Shown: positions 23,433 to 33,543, numbered from the stretch's first letter. The stretch: 64,000 nt of DNA from an uncultured Pseudomonadales bacterium (GCA_964398525.1 CAYNMS010000001.1:6569-70568), one strand, 5' to 3'. Numbers and translations are program-made. Notes: generated by a model from the sequence alone, not told the origin.

Positions 23433-24544
23433 GCCCCACTGTCCTTCCCATCATAAAACACACAAGCCTGCCCCGGCGCCACTCCCCTCAATGGTTTCGG
23501 CGTCTGCACTTTTACGCTTCCCCTCTCTCTTGCCACATTCGCTTCCACCAACTCTCCCAAATTTCTTATCCTCACCCACACCTTCATGTTTGAAGCCAAT
23601 TCTTCTTCAGATACCAGCCAGTTCATCTCTTCCACTTCAAACTTATCTCTCTCCAATTCCACCTCCTCACCAATCATCAATTGGTTTTTCTCAACGTTCT
23701 TACCCACCACATATAGAGGCGGCAGTTCCCGAGGTTCCCAGTCAATCACCCCTCTTTCCTTAAGCTTCTTAATTCGTCTTTTATCCAATCCTTTACCCAC
23801 CCGTTGGCCAATCGTGTAAAACCACGCTCCCTCATGCTCACCCACTCTTTCTCTGGTACCACCAACATCTACCACCAATTCCCCCACTTTCTGTTCCAAT
23901 CTCTCCTTTAAAAAATCCCTCACGTTAATCTCTCCCATAAAACAAATCCCCTGGCTATCCGGTTTGCCCGCCGTCTCCAACCCGTACTCCTTTGCCCTTT
24001 CCCTAACCATTTCTTTAGTTTCTATCTCTCCAATTGGAAATAATATTTTTCCCAACTGTTCTGGCTTTAACTGATACAAAAAGTAGCTCTGGTCTTTTTG
24101 GGTGTCCCTTCCTCTCTGCAAGCAGTATTTACTCCCAACTTGTTTTATCCGTGCGTAGTGTCCCGTCGCCACATAATCAAACCTAGCCGGTTTACCCTGA
24201 GCTTGCCCAATAGCCCACTCATAAAACAAACCAAATTTAATTTCTCTATTACACACTGTGTCCGGATTCGGTGTTCTTCCCAATTCATACTCTCTATAAA
24301 AATAATCCACCACTTTCTTTTTATACTCATCTCGGAAATCCAACACCTTAAACGGTATTTCCAATTTCAAGGCTACTGCCAAAGCATCCTTACGATCCTC
24401 CTCCGCCCTACAACCAGGCGCCCTCCAACACTCCAAAAACACTCCGGTTACATCATAACCGGCCTCCACCAGCATTGCCGCCGCCACCGACGAATCCACC
24501 CCTCCCGACAACCCTACTGCCACTTTTTTTCTCCCCTGTGTCAT
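23399..24544 (-). CDS. mnmA: tRNA 2-thiouridylase MnmA
   Basis: SGGVDSSV, TPNPD-CN-IKFG, ATGHYA, KDQSYFL and DSQGICF. Confidence 0.97.
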   Translation of the reverse strand: MTQGRKKVAVGLSGGVDSSVAAAMLVEAGYDVTGVFLECWRAPGCRAEEDRKDALAVALKLEIPFKVLDFRDEYKKKVVDYFYREYELGRTPNPDTVCNREIKFGLFYEWAIGQAQGKPARFDYVATGHYARIKQVGSKYCLQRGRDTQKDQSYFLYQLKPEQLGKILFPIGEIETKEMVRERAKEYGLETAGKPDSQGICFMGEINVRDFLKERLEQKVGELVVDVGGTRERVGEHEGAWFYTIGQRVGKGLDKRRIKKLKERGVIDWEPRELPPLYVVGKNVEKNQLMIGEEVELERDKFEVEEMNWLVSEEELASNMKVWVRIRNLGELVEANVARERGSVKVQTPKPLRGVAPGQACVFYDGKDSGACMIGGGVIRE

Positions 24545-24574
24545 CCTGCAATTTTATCAAACCACTTCTCCCAA

Positions 24575-25036
24575 CTATTCTGACTTTCCCTCTTCATGGG
24601 TCTTTTCACTCTTCCAGACATCGCGGCCTTTAGCCCGCTGACCTTCAATCTCATTTTCCGGATCATACATCACCACAAACTGTTTCAAATCCTTTCTTCC
24701 AATCAACATCGGCAAGTTCATGTGTGTCCTATCCACCACACTCGCCAATGAATTTACCTCAATCCCTCTCATCCAAAACTTTACCTTAATTACTTCCCTT
24801 ATCTGGTTTATTCCCAAAGAACTCCGGTAATGCCTTGTAAACACCACGTTTTCTTCCTTCAATAAACCCAATTTCTCAGCCAGACCCCGATCCAAACTCG
24901 TCCGATAAGCTCCTGTATCCACTTTCGCATCAACCAAATGTTTTTTATTGTTTGAGTCTTGTACTTGAACTTGCTCAAACACTCGCACCATTTTTCTTCG
25001 GTGTAACACTCGACTAAAAATATTTAAAACTTTCAT
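24575..25036 (-). CDS. RimK-associated retropepsin-like (Zn_protease-type) aspartic peptidase
   Basis: AKVDTGAYRTSLD…DRTHMNLPMLIGR. Confidence 0.85.
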   Translation of the reverse strand: MKVLNIFSRVLHRRKMVRVFEQVQVQDSNNKKHLVDAKVDTGAYRTSLDRGLAEKLGLLKEENVVFTRHYRSSLGINQIREVIKVKFWMRGIEVNSLASVVDRTHMNLPMLIGRKDLKQFVVMYDPENEIEGQRAKGRDVWKSEKTHEEGKSE

Positions 25037-26316
25037 TATTTCGTTACCTCCGGATTCACCAAAAACCCTTGCAGATCTAGCCTTCCCACCACCAACTTTA
25101 TTTTATTCTGACTTCTTGAAACTACCGATGCCGCCGACACCGTCTTCCTGCCGCGAATATAAAACACAATCTCCACTACTCTCTGCCTCCCTTTCTTGAG
25201 AGTCCTCTCCCAAAGTTCATGTTCTTCACCCAGTAGTCCTAGCTTTGCCGCCAAATCCTTATCAATTTGGGTCCGATACAAACCAGTATCTATCACCGCC
25301 ATCAGTTCGTGTCGCTTCTTTTCACTATCCAGTAAGGCTACCTCCTCCTGCGCTCCAATAATCGTTATTCCCTCATCCGCTTTCACCTTATCTGCAAAAC
25401 TCTCCGCAAACAGTGCTTTCCCCACTCTTACTCCATGATCCACATTCCTGACACGCAGTCCCTCCACTCTCTCCAGTCTCCACTTTAGCCCCGCATCATT
25501 AGCAATTTGGATTCCCAATCCCGGACTGGCATTTAATTCTACTACCATCGGGCCTTTATCATTGTGTAACAAAATATCCACTCCACAAAACATCAATCCA
25601 GTTGCCTCAGCCGCCGCCACCGCCGTTCTCAAAATTGACGACCACAAAGGAATTTTCAATCCATTAAGCTTCCTTCTTGTCTCCGGCACATACCTCACTC
25701 TGTTGCCGTGTTGAACTCCTTTTAAGGTTACTCCCGTCCCCACATCTATTCCCACTCCAATTGCTCCCTGATGCAAGTTAGCTCTACCTTCAGATTCCTT
25801 GGTCGGTAGTCTTAACATCGCCATTACCGGCACTCTATTAAATACCAACACTCGAATATCCGGCGTTCCACTGTAAACATACCGTTTAAACTTAGGGTGT
25901 CTCGGCACCCTTTCCTCTACAAAGGCTTGATGCCTCGTTCCAAAAGTACTGTACTGTCCTTCCAAAATATCACTAATATGCAGTTCCAAATCCTGTCGAC
26001 TCAAACGCTCTCCATCCACATCGAGCCAGCTTTCTTTCTCTGGCAACTTCTTTTTGATTATCAAAATACCCTTACCCGCACTCCCAGATGAAGGTTTTAT
26101 CACAAAACTCGTCTCTATTGTCTCAAAATCAAATCCTTTCACTTCTTCCATTGTTTCAAACAATCCATACAGTTTAGGCACCGATACTTGAGCCTGTTCT
26201 AACATTTCTTTGGTCATCAATTTAGAATTGGCTATGTCCACCGCTTTGTCTGCATTCAAAGACTTATACAATTTCTGTCTAGCATTTAGACCCAAAATAT
26301 CTGCCGGTTTGGCCAT
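25036..26316 (-). CDS. Alpha-L-glutamate-ligase-like ATP-grasp protein fused to a C-terminal retropepsin-like domain
   Basis: ILGLNAR, FVIKPSSGSAGKGI, PDIRV, AMLRLPT…GRANLHQGAIGVG, ELNASPGLGIQIAN; C-terminal IDTG…VVGR. Confidence 0.88.
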   Translation of the reverse strand: MAKPADILGLNARQKLYKSLNADKAVDIANSKLMTKEMLEQAQVSVPKLYGLFETMEEVKGFDFETIETSFVIKPSSGSAGKGILIIKKKLPEKESWLDVDGERLSRQDLELHISDILEGQYSTFGTRHQAFVEERVPRHPKFKRYVYSGTPDIRVLVFNRVPVMAMLRLPTKESEGRANLHQGAIGVGIDVGTGVTLKGVQHGNRVRYVPETRRKLNGLKIPLWSSILRTAVAAAEATGLMFCGVDILLHNDKGPMVVELNASPGLGIQIANDAGLKWRLERVEGLRVRNVDHGVRVGKALFAESFADKVKADEGITIIGAQEEVALLDSEKKRHELMAVIDTGLYRTQIDKDLAAKLGLLGEEHELWERTLKKGRQRVVEIVFYIRGRKTVSAASVVSRSQNKIKLVVGRLDLQGFLVNPEVTK

Positions 26317-26328
26317 ACCACCCTCATC

Positions 26329-27243
26329 TTAATCTAGTAAACTTCTAAATCGCCAATACTCCATTAATCTCAAACCGGAAAACTTCCCCAAAAAGATATT
26401 AAATATCGCCACTATCAAAAGCACCGCCTCAGTATTCAAAAGCACAAACAACTGCACCATTTCCAAATTCATCACAAAATAAGCCACCACCGCCAACAAC
26501 AAAGTTTCCAAAGTCATTTCAATCGCCTCATCCCTGCTTCTTCTGGATTGTACTTCCATAAATGTCTCAGCCAACAAAACCATCAATAAAATCGGAAAGA
26601 TCGACAGCTGCGTCAAGTCGTTTAAATTCAAGTACGGTGCCGCCACCAATAAAATCACTACCCATAAAGTCACTGCCCAAAGCAGCAATGACGTCCTGGG
26701 TAAATATGGTAGTTTCAAACCCCTGATTAGCATTCTAGCCAAGGTTGCCACCAGGATAATACTAAAAATTAAAATAAACCCCGTCGTAATTCCCGTTGCC
26801 AATAAACCAATAGACACAATCGCTGGCGTAAAAATTCCAAATCCTCGTAGTCCAATCAAGTGTCTAGACGCCGCAATCATCGCCGTCACGATTGGAAACA
26901 TCAACAAAAGTACAATCGTGTTTGCCGGCACTCCCGCCATTACTGCTGATCGAATCGACCATCGCAAAAAATTAGTTATCGAGAATTCCCCCACCGGATG
27001 TGTCAGAATAAACTGAGCTAACTTTCCCCTTGTTTCTCCTTGAGTCTCAGTCAAATCACTGCTTCTTTCGGTAATTCTCTTCACCACACCACTGGCTGTC
27101 GCCTCCATGGCCGCTTCTGTCGCCTCCTGAGCTTCTAGATCTGTATCAGGTGATGGCGAAATCACTACCCCTTGGGCATTTGCCTCCCCTACACTCCTAC
27201 CCAACAATCCCAACAAAAAGCCCACGATTATTAGTTTCTTCAT
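26329..27243 (-). CDS. 7TM_transglut-family membrane protein without the transglutaminase domain
   Basis: LLLMFPI…RHLIGLRGFGIFTP…PR…IFPILLM…E…FSGLRLMEYWRF. Confidence 0.85.
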   Translation of the reverse strand: MKKLIIVGFLLGLLGRSVGEANAQGVVISPSPDTDLEAQEATEAAMEATASGVVKRITERSSDLTETQGETRGKLAQFILTHPVGEFSITNFLRWSIRSAVMAGVPANTIVLLLMFPIVTAMIAASRHLIGLRGFGIFTPAIVSIGLLATGITTGFILIFSIILVATLARMLIRGLKLPYLPRTSLLLWAVTLWVVILLVAAPYLNLNDLTQLSIFPILLMVLLAETFMEVQSRRSRDEAIEMTLETLLLAVVAYFVMNLEMVQLFVLLNTEAVLLIVAIFNIFLGKFSGLRLMEYWRFRSLLD

Positions 27244-27281
27244 GGGCTTATTATATCAAGGCTAATTGCTTGAGTAATTAC

Positions 27282-28070
27282 TTAGTTTGTCAGTGCTTCG
27301 TCTAGAGCGGTCTGGAACACACTATATGGCTGAGCTCCAACTACCACTTTGCCATTTATGATGAAAGTAGGTGTTCCACTCGCCCCTACTTGGCTAGCCA
27401 ATGCCAAATCATCATCTACCGCCTGTTTGTATTTCTCTGAATCCAAACAACTTTCAAACTCACCCGAATCTAAACTAAGCTCTCGGGCATATCCAACAAA
27501 AACTTCAACCGGATCTCCATTGGACCATTCCTGCTGACCTTCAAAAAGTGCGTCATGCATTTCCCAATAAGCATCTTGATCTCCTGCACATCTGGCCGCC
27601 TGAGCCGCTGCATGTGCGTTACCATGAAAAGGCAAAGGTAAATCTCGAATCAAATATTTAATCTTGTCATTTTCCACGTAATCAGACTTAATCGAGGGCT
27701 CTGTTTGCTGAAAGTGCCTTTGACAAAAAGGACATTGGTAATCAGTAAACTCAACCAACACCACCTCAGAATCCTCATTTCCCCTCACGGCTGCCGGATT
27801 CTCCATCACTCTCTGCCACTGTTCTTCATTCAGTTCAGTTACTTGTTCTGGGGCCTGGGCCTGAGGCGCTGCCGCCTGCTGGTTGTTATTGGTTCCTTGA
27901 GCTACCACTCCACCTCTTAGCATCCTCAGTTGACCATAAAAGTAGCCCAAGAAAAAAGAGCTAACTACCAACGCCAACGTCAATACCCCCATCATTTTGC
28001 TCTGGGCTTCCATTCCTTTCCATGCGGTCACCAGCCCTTTCAAACCGCCTGATTTTTGTCTACTCGGCAT
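27282..28070 (-). CDS. Membrane-anchored DsbA/BdbD-family oxidoreductase
   Basis: EFTDYQCPFC and GTPTFIING…GAQP. Confidence 0.92.
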   Translation of the reverse strand: MPSRQKSGGLKGLVTAWKGMEAQSKMMGVLTLALVVSSFFLGYFYGQLRMLRGGVVAQGTNNNQQAAAPQAQAPEQVTELNEEQWQRVMENPAAVRGNEDSEVVLVEFTDYQCPFCQRHFQQTEPSIKSDYVENDKIKYLIRDLPLPFHGNAHAAAQAARCAGDQDAYWEMHDALFEGQQEWSNGDPVEVFVGYARELSLDSGEFESCLDSEKYKQAVDDDLALASQVGASGTPTFIINGKVVVGAQPYSVFQTALDEALTN

Positions 28071-28131
28071 AATTGTCTCCTTCTTAAAAGTTAATACACC
28101 TTATCTTTTTTGCTAGTTTCCTGTCAACGGT

Positions 28132-29373
28132 TTATTTATTTCCTACCCGATATCTTCTTGCATCCAAAATCCTGCCCACTGCATAAATGTAAGCCGCTTC
28201 TCTAAAACTTACCTTCTCTGTTTCTTTTAGCCGGTTAACTTTATCAAATGCCGCATCCATTTTCTCTCTCAATTTATCAATTACTCTTTCTTTTTCCCAA
28301 TAATCCCCGCTATTATTTTGTACCCACTCAAAATACGACACCGTTACTCCTCCGGCATTAGCCAATATATCCGGTACTATTTCAATCCCCTTATCCAGCA
28401 AAACCCTTTCCGCCTCAGGTGTAGTCGGTCCGTTAGCCAGTTCCAATATCCACTTAGCCTTAACTTTATCAGTTCTCTCCAAATCTATCACTCCCTCCAT
28501 AGCCGCCGGCACCAACACATCCACCTCTTGCTCTAACACTTCCCCGCCCTCTCCCCACAAAACTCCTTCCATTCCCTCCAGACTTCCAGTTTCCCGTTTA
28601 AAATTAATCACCCTTTCCCAGTCCAAACTCTCTGTCGGTTTTGCTTTTACAGTCCCTTTTGAGTCACCCACAGCTACAATCTTATACCCCTTCTTCTGGG
28701 CATACTCCCCAAACCAATAACCCACATTTCCCAATCCCTGAATTGCAATAGTAGTTTCACTTGCCTTCCAACCCAAACTCTTAACCAAAGCCTCTAACAC
28801 AAAAAAGCCTCCCAGACCCGTGGCCTCCTCTCTTCCTTGAGATCCGCCCAGAACTACTGGTTTGCCGGTAAACACGCCGGGTTCTTTTCTGCCCACCAAA
28901 CTTTCATACTCATCCAGCATCCACGCCATCACCTGTGCATTAGTGTTCACGTCAGGTGCTGGTACATCCTTCCAGGCCCCCAGTCTCTCACCCAACATTC
29001 TCACGTAAGCTCTGGCTATCTCTTCCAATTCACTCATCGTCAATCTTTTCGGATTTATCGCCACCCCTCCCTTACCTCCACCCATAGGCAAATCCATCAC
29101 CGCACATTTCCAGCTCATCCACATCGACAAAGCTTTCACCTCATCCACACTTACATCTTGATGAAACCTGATTCCCCCTTTAAAAGGACCCAAAATACTA
29201 TTGTGTTGGGCTCGATAAGCTTTAATTTTTTTTCGCTGGCCAGCAATCACCACATCCAATTCTCCCTCAATTATTGCCTCATGTTCAGTTAAAGCTTTCC
29301 ATTCTTCATCACTCATCGCCACCCGTTCTCTCACTTGCGCCAATTGCTCCACTGCCGCTTGATACGGGTTCAT
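28132..29373 (-). CDS. gdhA: Glu/Leu/Phe/Val dehydrogenase (glutamate dehydrogenase)
   Basis: GPFKGGIRFH, GGGKGG, DVPAPDV, QGLGNVG and NAGGVTVSYFEWVQN. Confidence 0.93.
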   Translation of the reverse strand: MNPYQAAVEQLAQVRERVAMSDEEWKALTEHEAIIEGELDVVIAGQRKKIKAYRAQHNSILGPFKGGIRFHQDVSVDEVKALSMWMSWKCAVMDLPMGGGKGGVAINPKRLTMSELEEIARAYVRMLGERLGAWKDVPAPDVNTNAQVMAWMLDEYESLVGRKEPGVFTGKPVVLGGSQGREEATGLGGFFVLEALVKSLGWKASETTIAIQGLGNVGYWFGEYAQKKGYKIVAVGDSKGTVKAKPTESLDWERVINFKRETGSLEGMEGVLWGEGGEVLEQEVDVLVPAAMEGVIDLERTDKVKAKWILELANGPTTPEAERVLLDKGIEIVPDILANAGGVTVSYFEWVQNNSGDYWEKERVIDKLREKMDAAFDKVNRLKETEKVSFREAAYIYAVGRILDARRYRVGNK

Positions 29374-29390
29374 TCTTCCTCCCTATAATT

Positions 29391-30452
29391 TTATTTTTTG
29401 GCTGCCAGCCATCTTTCAGCATCCAGTGCCGCTTGGCATCCCATAGCTGCCGCTGTTACTGCCTGTCGATATCTAAAGTCCACCACATCTCCTGCACCAA
29501 ACACACCCTCTACCGAAGTCATTGTGGGAAAGGCCACCAAACCTTGGTTTATATGTGTCTCTGCCAAACTCACCCCCATCTGGCTCAACCCCAATCGGGT
29601 TACCAAATATCCTTGTTGATCGATCTCTAAATCATCCCCAAATATTTGCGTCATTGGTTTATGTCCAATTGCCAAAAAGACTCCATCTGCTTCCAATTCC
29701 TCCACACCAGTCTCGCTTTCTAATCTAACCCCTTCCACCTTCGTCTCCCCCAAAACTTCAACCACTCTACTATTCCACTTTATTTTTACCTTAGCGTGGC
29801 TTTTAACTCTCTCGGCCATAATCTTACTTGCTCTCAATTCGTCTCTTCGCACCACCATCGTCACCTCCTCTGCAAACTTGGTCAGTGCCAGCGTGTCCTC
29901 CACCGCCGCATCCCCACCCCCAACCACAAACACCTTTTTGCCTCGGTAAAACGGCGCATCGCACACCGCGCAAGTCGCCACTCCTCTTCCAAAAAGTTTT
30001 CCCTCTCCTGGCACATCCAACATTTTGGCAAACGCCCCAGTGGCAATGATCAAACTTTCAGCTCCATATTCTGGCTCACTGGTCTTTACCTCCTCTACCA
30101 ATCGTTTCACCGTTTCCCTGTCACTCTTTGTCGCCCATTCCCCTTCCCCAGTGCTTGGCAACTTAGTCCACACTTTAAACGGTCTCTGCCTTAACTCTAC
30201 TGCACTCACATTTTTATCAATAATTTCCGCCCCAAACTTCTCAGCCTGAGCTCTCATTTGAGCCATCAACTCAGGCCCCATAATTCCATCCCGAACTCCT
30301 GGCCAATTCTCCACCAAAGTGGTATTCATCAGTTGTCCGCCAAAATTCTCCCCCGCAAAAACCAATGGCTTCAAATCCGCCCTGGCTGCATAAATTGCCG
30401 CCGTATACCCAGCCGGACCACTGCCAATAATAATTACTTTATGTTTTTCCAC
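29391..30452 (-). CDS. trxB: Thioredoxin reductase
   Basis: GSGPAGYTAA, CAVCD and GGGDAAVE. Confidence 0.96.
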   Translation of the reverse strand: MEKHKVIIIGSGPAGYTAAIYAARADLKPLVFAGENFGGQLMNTTLVENWPGVRDGIMGPELMAQMRAQAEKFGAEIIDKNVSAVELRQRPFKVWTKLPSTGEGEWATKSDRETVKRLVEEVKTSEPEYGAESLIIATGAFAKMLDVPGEGKLFGRGVATCAVCDAPFYRGKKVFVVGGGDAAVEDTLALTKFAEEVTMVVRRDELRASKIMAERVKSHAKVKIKWNSRVVEVLGETKVEGVRLESETGVEELEADGVFLAIGHKPMTQIFGDDLEIDQQGYLVTRLGLSQMGVSLAETHINQGLVAFPTMTSVEGVFGAGDVVDFRYRQAVTAAAMGCQAALDAERWLAAKK

Positions 30453-30495
30453 TTAATTCCTTAACTACTTTTATTAATCAGAGTTAGCCTTATTT

Positions 30496-30816
30496 TTAGG
30501 CAGCCTGTTTCAGCAGTTCTTCATAGCCAGCTTTCCCACCAAAACCGATTTTTCTCTCCACTTCTTCCCCGTCTTTAAACAAAACCACCGTCGGAATGCT
30601 CATCACCCCATATTCACCTGCTATTCCCTGATTCTGATCTACATCGATTTTAATGATTTCATATTTTCCCTCACTATTATCCGCCAACTCATCCAAAACT
30701 GGTGCCGCCATTTTGCATGGTCCACACCAATCTGCATAAAAATCGACCAATACCGGCACTTTTGCTTTTAATACTTTCTCTTCAAATTCATCCTGGTTAA
30801 TGTGTGTTGCTCCCAT
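30496..30816 (-). CDS. trxA: Thioredoxin
   Basis: WCGPC and SIPT motifs. Confidence 0.97.
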   Translation of the reverse strand: MGATHINQDEFEEKVLKAKVPVLVDFYADWCGPCKMAAPVLDELADNSEGKYEIIKIDVDQNQGIAGEYGVMSIPTVVLFKDGEEVERKIGFGGKAGYEELLKQAA

Positions 30817-30846
30817 TATTTCTCCTTAAAAACTTAATAATGTTTT

Positions 30847-31083
30847 TTATCCTTGTTTAAATAAAGATTTCAAGATCTTATCAAAGTCTGCCAGTCTCTT
30901 CCTTGATTTAACGCATTCCTTCGCTTCATTGGTCAGCAAATCCCTTGCCACTCCGGACAAGGCGCTTCTAACTGCCATAATCTGCTGAGCAATTTCACCA
31001 CATTCCCGACCTTCTTCATACATTCGTCTCACCGCCGCAATTTGCCCTTCCGCTCGTTTCAATTTATTTAAAGTTTTGTCCAT
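30847..31083 (-). CDS. CsoR/RcnR-family repressor (CstR-like fingerprint)
   Basis: LKRAEGQIAAVRRM…ECGEIAQQIMAVRSAL…EAKEC; start at 31083 because the longer ORF runs through the promoter. Confidence 0.88.
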   Translation of the reverse strand: MDKTLNKLKRAEGQIAAVRRMYEEGRECGEIAQQIMAVRSALSGVARDLLTNEAKECVKSRKRLADFDKILKSLFKQG

Positions 31084-31093
31084 ACGTTCACCA

Positions 31094-31122
31094 ATAATAC
31101 TCCCCCCTAGTATACAAGTCAA
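31094..31122 (-). promoter_or_regulatory. Sigma70 promoter with a CsoR/RcnR-type operator in the spacer
   Basis: TTGACT-17 nt-TATTAT; operator TACT-A-GGGGGG-AGTA at 31098-31112. Confidence 0.85.
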
Positions 31123-31139
31123 GCCTGTCTTTCATCTAC

Positions 31140-31694
31140 CTAATTGGTTATCTCTACCTTATTTCCAATTCCAATTCCCCATTCCTCTACTTTGCCCAAA
31201 TCCACTTCCAACACATACTTCACCTCACTTCTCGGGCTAAATTGTTTTAAATTTACCCAATCCTCAGGTTCCTCAGGCGCCTTCACTCTTTCAGTTACAT
31301 CCACCACTTCACATTTTGCTACCCTCCCCGATTCCTCATCACTACACTTGCCTATCCAGATAAAATCCAATCCTATCCTCATTCCTTTCATCCAAAAACT
31401 CGGTACATGCGCTCTAGGAAACACAAACAACATCCCCTCACTACCAATTTCATCTCGGTAACCAAGACCTTTAGTGATTTTTTCTGGTGTATCCGCCACT
31501 TCCACATTTAACTGTCTTTCTCCAATCTTCATTTGCGTCATTTTCTTTTCTTCTACCGTCTCCCCCACACTTTCATTTTGAGCAATCTTTGCACTACACC
31601 CGCCCAAAACAGCCAGCCCCAACAATCCACCCAATATTCCCCATTTTGACAACCTCATCCTATCTCCCATTCTAAACCCTATTTCTTCCCTCAT
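31140..31694 (-). CDS. DUF192-family lipoprotein
   Basis: VEVADTPE…GL…GMLFVF…FWMKGM…YVLEV; lipobox-like LGGC. Confidence 0.88.
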   Translation of the reverse strand: MREEIGFRMGDRMRLSKWGILGGLLGLAVLGGCSAKIAQNESVGETVEEKKMTQMKIGERQLNVEVADTPEKITKGLGYRDEIGSEGMLFVFPRAHVPSFWMKGMRIGLDFIWIGKCSDEESGRVAKCEVVDVTERVKAPEEPEDWVNLKQFSPRSEVKYVLEVDLGKVEEWGIGIGNKVEITN

Positions 31695-32463
31695 TTTGTC
31701 CTTCCCTATTTTTTCTGCTTATTAGCACAAATCCGGCCAATATCATAACCAAAGCCACCATCTGCCCCACTGCCACTCCACCTAATTCCCACCTTTCAAT
31801 TCTCATCATTTCCAGTCCAAATCTAATCACACCATAACCTATCAAATAAACCCCCAACAGTTTTCCACTTCCAATTCTAAAATTGCCATTTAAATATATT
31901 CTCATCATTACAACAAACAGTACCAAATTCAGCAAACTTTCATACAAAAACAATGGCTGAAATCTCTCAAAACTTTCATACCCGGAAAGTCTGTTCTCAA
32001 TATCTATTTTTATCCCCCAAGGCCAATTAGTCGGCTTTCCATATAACTCCTGATTAAAGTAATTTCCAAATCTTCCCAGTGCCTGCCCTACCGGCACTCC
32101 CAAGGCAGTTATATCAGCGTATTTCCATACCAACTTTTGAGTTACCTCACCAAGTTTAAACTTTAAAAACAACACCATTCCTAACAATCCTCCGGCAATT
32201 GCCCCAAAAATCCCCAACCCCCCGTTCCATACAGCCACAATTTGATCCAAATTTTTTTGATAATAATCCCACCAATCAATTACATGATATGCCCTAGCCC
32301 CCACAATCCCCGACAATACCACCCAAACCACGCCATCTTCTACTACTTTCTTGTCCATTTTTTCTCTTTTTGCCACCCAACCCACAATCCAAGTAGCCGT
32401 CAACACTCCCAAGCCAATCATTAATCCATAAACTCTTATCCCAATTTCCTCAATTTCAATCAC
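31672..32463 (-). CDS. lgt: Prolipoprotein diacylglyceryl transferase
   Basis: GARAYHV, GRFGNYFNQELYG, PLFLYE and RFGLE motifs. Confidence 0.95.
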   Translation of the reverse strand: MIEIEEIGIRVYGLMIGLGVLTATWIVGWVAKREKMDKKVVEDGVVWVVLSGIVGARAYHVIDWWDYYQKNLDQIVAVWNGGLGIFGAIAGGLLGMVLFLKFKLGEVTQKLVWKYADITALGVPVGQALGRFGNYFNQELYGKPTNWPWGIKIDIENRLSGYESFERFQPLFLYESLLNLVLFVVMMRIYLNGNFRIGSGKLLGVYLIGYGVIRFGLEMMRIERWELGGVAVGQMVALVMILAGFVLISRKNREGQNEGRNRV

Positions 32464-32493
32464 CTTTACCTCTAGTTAATTATCTAGTCTATT

Positions 32494-33147
32494 CTACATT
32501 CCAAACAATGCCATCAAACTTACAAGCACAAAAAACCCGCCAAACACCCCCACCACCACTTTTAGTTCATCTTCACTCACTTTTCTCTTAATCGGCCAAA
32601 ATAATTTGCCCATCAGATATTCTTTATCCGACCAGTCCTCTTTAATTCCCAATACTAAATTCAACCCCACTCCCAATATCAAGCCTTGTGCCAGAAGGCT
32701 TAACGAGCTGGTCATTAGAAATAGTGCCAGCACCACCCAGGCCCCCAAAAACAAGACATTGTTCATCGCCAACTGAACCTGTTCATGCTTTCGCTCTAGT
32801 AAAAGATTCAACCCTTCTTGGTACCGTTTCTGCTTTATCAATCCCCTTACTTTTACGCTCAAATCATCCTCAGGTCTGGAAAAATAAACAAAAATTAACC
32901 TGTCTGCCAATCCAAAAACCATACCTAACACTCCACCCAGCAAAAACAACACCATTCCCATTAACGCTTGCCACCTCCAGTTGCTCCGAAGCAAAAGCCC
33001 CAACGCCATCACTCCAAAATATACCCCTCCCACCACACCTATTCGTCTATTTATCCAGCCACTCCAATCTTTTTTTAGAGGCGCTGTCCCTTGTGAATCC
33101 TTGGTTTGTGTTTGCACTTGTTGCTGTGTTGTCCACGGTTGTTCCAT
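32494..33147 (-). CDS. Hypothetical membrane protein
   Basis: Multi-TM ORF; start chosen where TATGAT lies 6 nt upstream of ATG. Confidence 0.7.
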   Translation of the reverse strand: MEQPWTTQQQVQTQTKDSQGTAPLKKDWSGWINRRIGVVGGVYFGVMALGLLLRSNWRWQALMGMVLFLLGGVLGMVFGLADRLIFVYFSRPEDDLSVKVRGLIKQKRYQEGLNLLLERKHEQVQLAMNNVLFLGAWVVLALFLMTSSLSLLAQGLILGVGLNLVLGIKEDWSDKEYLMGKLFWPIKRKVSEDELKVVVGVFGGFFVLVSLMALFGM

Positions 33148-33237
33148 GATTCCATCATACACAATTTGATATCTGATCAAAATATCTAACCTCTATTCAT
33201 CACCTCCAAACTCATGTTTTTCACTTTCCAGATTTGT

Positions 33238-33543
33238 CTATTTCTTTTCATCTCCAGTCTTTAGTTGTTTCAATTTCCACATAAACAATGCTCCTGGCTT
33301 TTTGGCTCCAGCATCCTTCACAAACGACAGTGCCTTCTCCAACAATCTTCTATCCTCTTTTTTAGCCAGCCTAATATATAAAGCCTTATGCTTTTCGTCA
33401 TCAAGCTCCATTGCCAATCTATAACCATAATCCTGAAACTCTTGGGTTATATATCCCCCTTTATCCTCCAGTTGAAAGTTTTCCAAAAGCCCTGCCAAAG
33501 TCATCAATCCATCACTTTTATCGGTGTTTGTCTTTTTGGTCAT
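33238..33543 (-). CDS. Hypothetical protein
   Basis: 101-aa ORF; TAAAAT 6 nt upstream of the ATG. Confidence 0.75.
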   Translation of the reverse strand: MTKKTNTDKSDGLMTLAGLLENFQLEDKGGYITQEFQDYGYRLAMELDDEKHKALYIRLAKKEDRRLLEKALSFVKDAGAKKPGALFMWKLKQLKTGDEKK

